Assembly: GCF_006345805.1 (NCBI RefSeq)
Contig: NC_043010.1
Coordinates: 372,001-436,000 of the forward strand
Source of the DNA: Octopus sinensis
Lineage: Eukaryota
Reading direction: 5' to 3'
Length of the DNA stretch: 64,000 nucleotides
Part shown: positions 62,618 to 64,000 of the stretch, one piece after another
How positions within the stretch are numbered: position 1 is the first letter of the stretch
Layout: every line of letters begins with the position of its first letter
The notes under the pieces: generated by a model
Seen by the model: only the letters and a program-made list of their open reading frames with translations
Database searches by the model: none
What the model was told of the DNA's origin: nothing
Made by a program: the position numbers and the translations under genes

Positions 62618-64000
62618 AGTGAACATTTTTATTAGTCTCTTTGAGTCTATTCTGTTTGCCAGAGAAACTCAGTATGGTTTGTGTAAAGCCACAAAAATGT
62701 TTTTTTTTTATGTCACACACAAATCTTTGGAAACTTTGGGGAAAGCAATATTGTGCTGCTTTGCATTTTCAAATATCCTCTACCGAGTCCTGGGTCCCCT
62801 TGTTCCTATCTACTTCGTATCTTGAAGGGCCATCCTGATGCCTCACTACTACCATTTTTATATCTTTCCAGCTCGATCTGATCCCTCCCATTCAAAGTAG
62901 CTCCTCTTCAACAAGAAACCTCTTCTGTTCTGATCACCTCTCTCCTACTTTTATCCATCTTTTTCCCACCTCATTTCCTAGCATTAAGTCACCCATTTGA
63001 AGTTTGTAGTCTTGCAAGCTGCATGACGGCCTCACTTGTGCTGATAGCACAAAAAGGCACCCAAGAAAGTGAGGCAAAATGGAGTGTGGTGCATGATGCA
63101 GTTCTGGGACCCATTGGATCTTGTTGAGCTGTACTATCCAAGCCAAGCCAATGGAATATGGATATTCAATAATAATGATGAAGATTATATGAGTGAAGAC
63201 TAACTGTGTTTGGTACAAAAAAACAAACAAAACGTCTGCAAGCTTCACTGAATATTGGTCTCCATCCTTTCTAGTCAACATAAGTTGTTCATTCAGTCAA
63301 CTTTGGGTTGGACTGTTTGATTTTTCTCACTCTTATCCTTTTCATATTTATTTAAAATTTTGACAAAAGGTTAGCAATTTTGGGGGAGAGGGTAAGTTGA
63401 TTCCATTGACCTCCACTGATCAAATGGTGCTTATTTTATTGCATTCCCACCTTCGAATTGATGAATGGCAAAGTTGGCTTCATTGGAATTTGAACTCAGA
63501 ACATAAATGTCCAATGTGCTAATACTTCTACTAGCTTGCCACCTTAACTTGTTTTTTCTATATTGGTTTCAAATTTTGGCACAAGGTCATCAATATTGGG
63601 GTTGATTACATTGACCCTACTGATCAACTAGTACCTATCTTATTGCTTCAGACTCAAGCAATCTCTTCAGACTCAAATACACATGGTTGGACTTTTGAAA
63701 AATAGGATGCTAGTCTATGAGAAAGCATAACAAAAAATTGTTAAAATTTACCTGAGTTTAAGTAAGGGTGGAATTAAAGAATGTATACCTTGAATTAGTG
63801 TGGTTATACTTTATAATTTCCATAATTAAAGAAATGTGTAATGAGTTTCTGGAGCATGAGCTGTGCCTGTTTATATGTGTGTATGATGAATGTGTACATC
63901 TGTCTACATGTATATATAATCAATCTGTGTGTGTATGTGTACACACACACACAAATATACATATCAGTAAACGTCCATATATCTAACCAGCTGATGGTAT

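Overview
AT-rich, repeat-saturated animal genomic DNA. The SINE, LINE and microsatellite families resemble a coleoid cephalopod (Octopus-like); this is inference from pattern recognition, not a database result. There is one convincing protein-coding gene: a C2H2 zinc-finger gene (CDS about 22222-24183, +) with 10 tandem fingers sharing almost the same recognition helix (Q-[RKQ]-[AV]-N-L-x-N). The window also holds a near-full-length dead CR1-clade LINE (-) with an unusual Myb/SANT-like plus CCCH ORF1, decayed RTE, L2/CR1 and Dong/R4 LINE pieces, a mariner remnant, a MITE, Helitrons and many tRNA-derived SINEs. The main hidden signal is about 11 non-coding elements, most embedded in (TA)n tracts and most built as tail-out inverted repeats. 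Most carry type I hammerhead-ribozyme folds with canonical and co-varied cores (C3-G8, U3-A8, G3-C8), consistent with Penelope-like or retrozyme-type non-autonomous retroelements. One has 361-nt tandem monomers, an inversion junction 2 nt from the predicted self-cleavage site and a long target-site duplication. Nearly all other ORFs in the track are microsatellite or TE artefacts. Coordinates were read by eye; TE boundaries are approximate.
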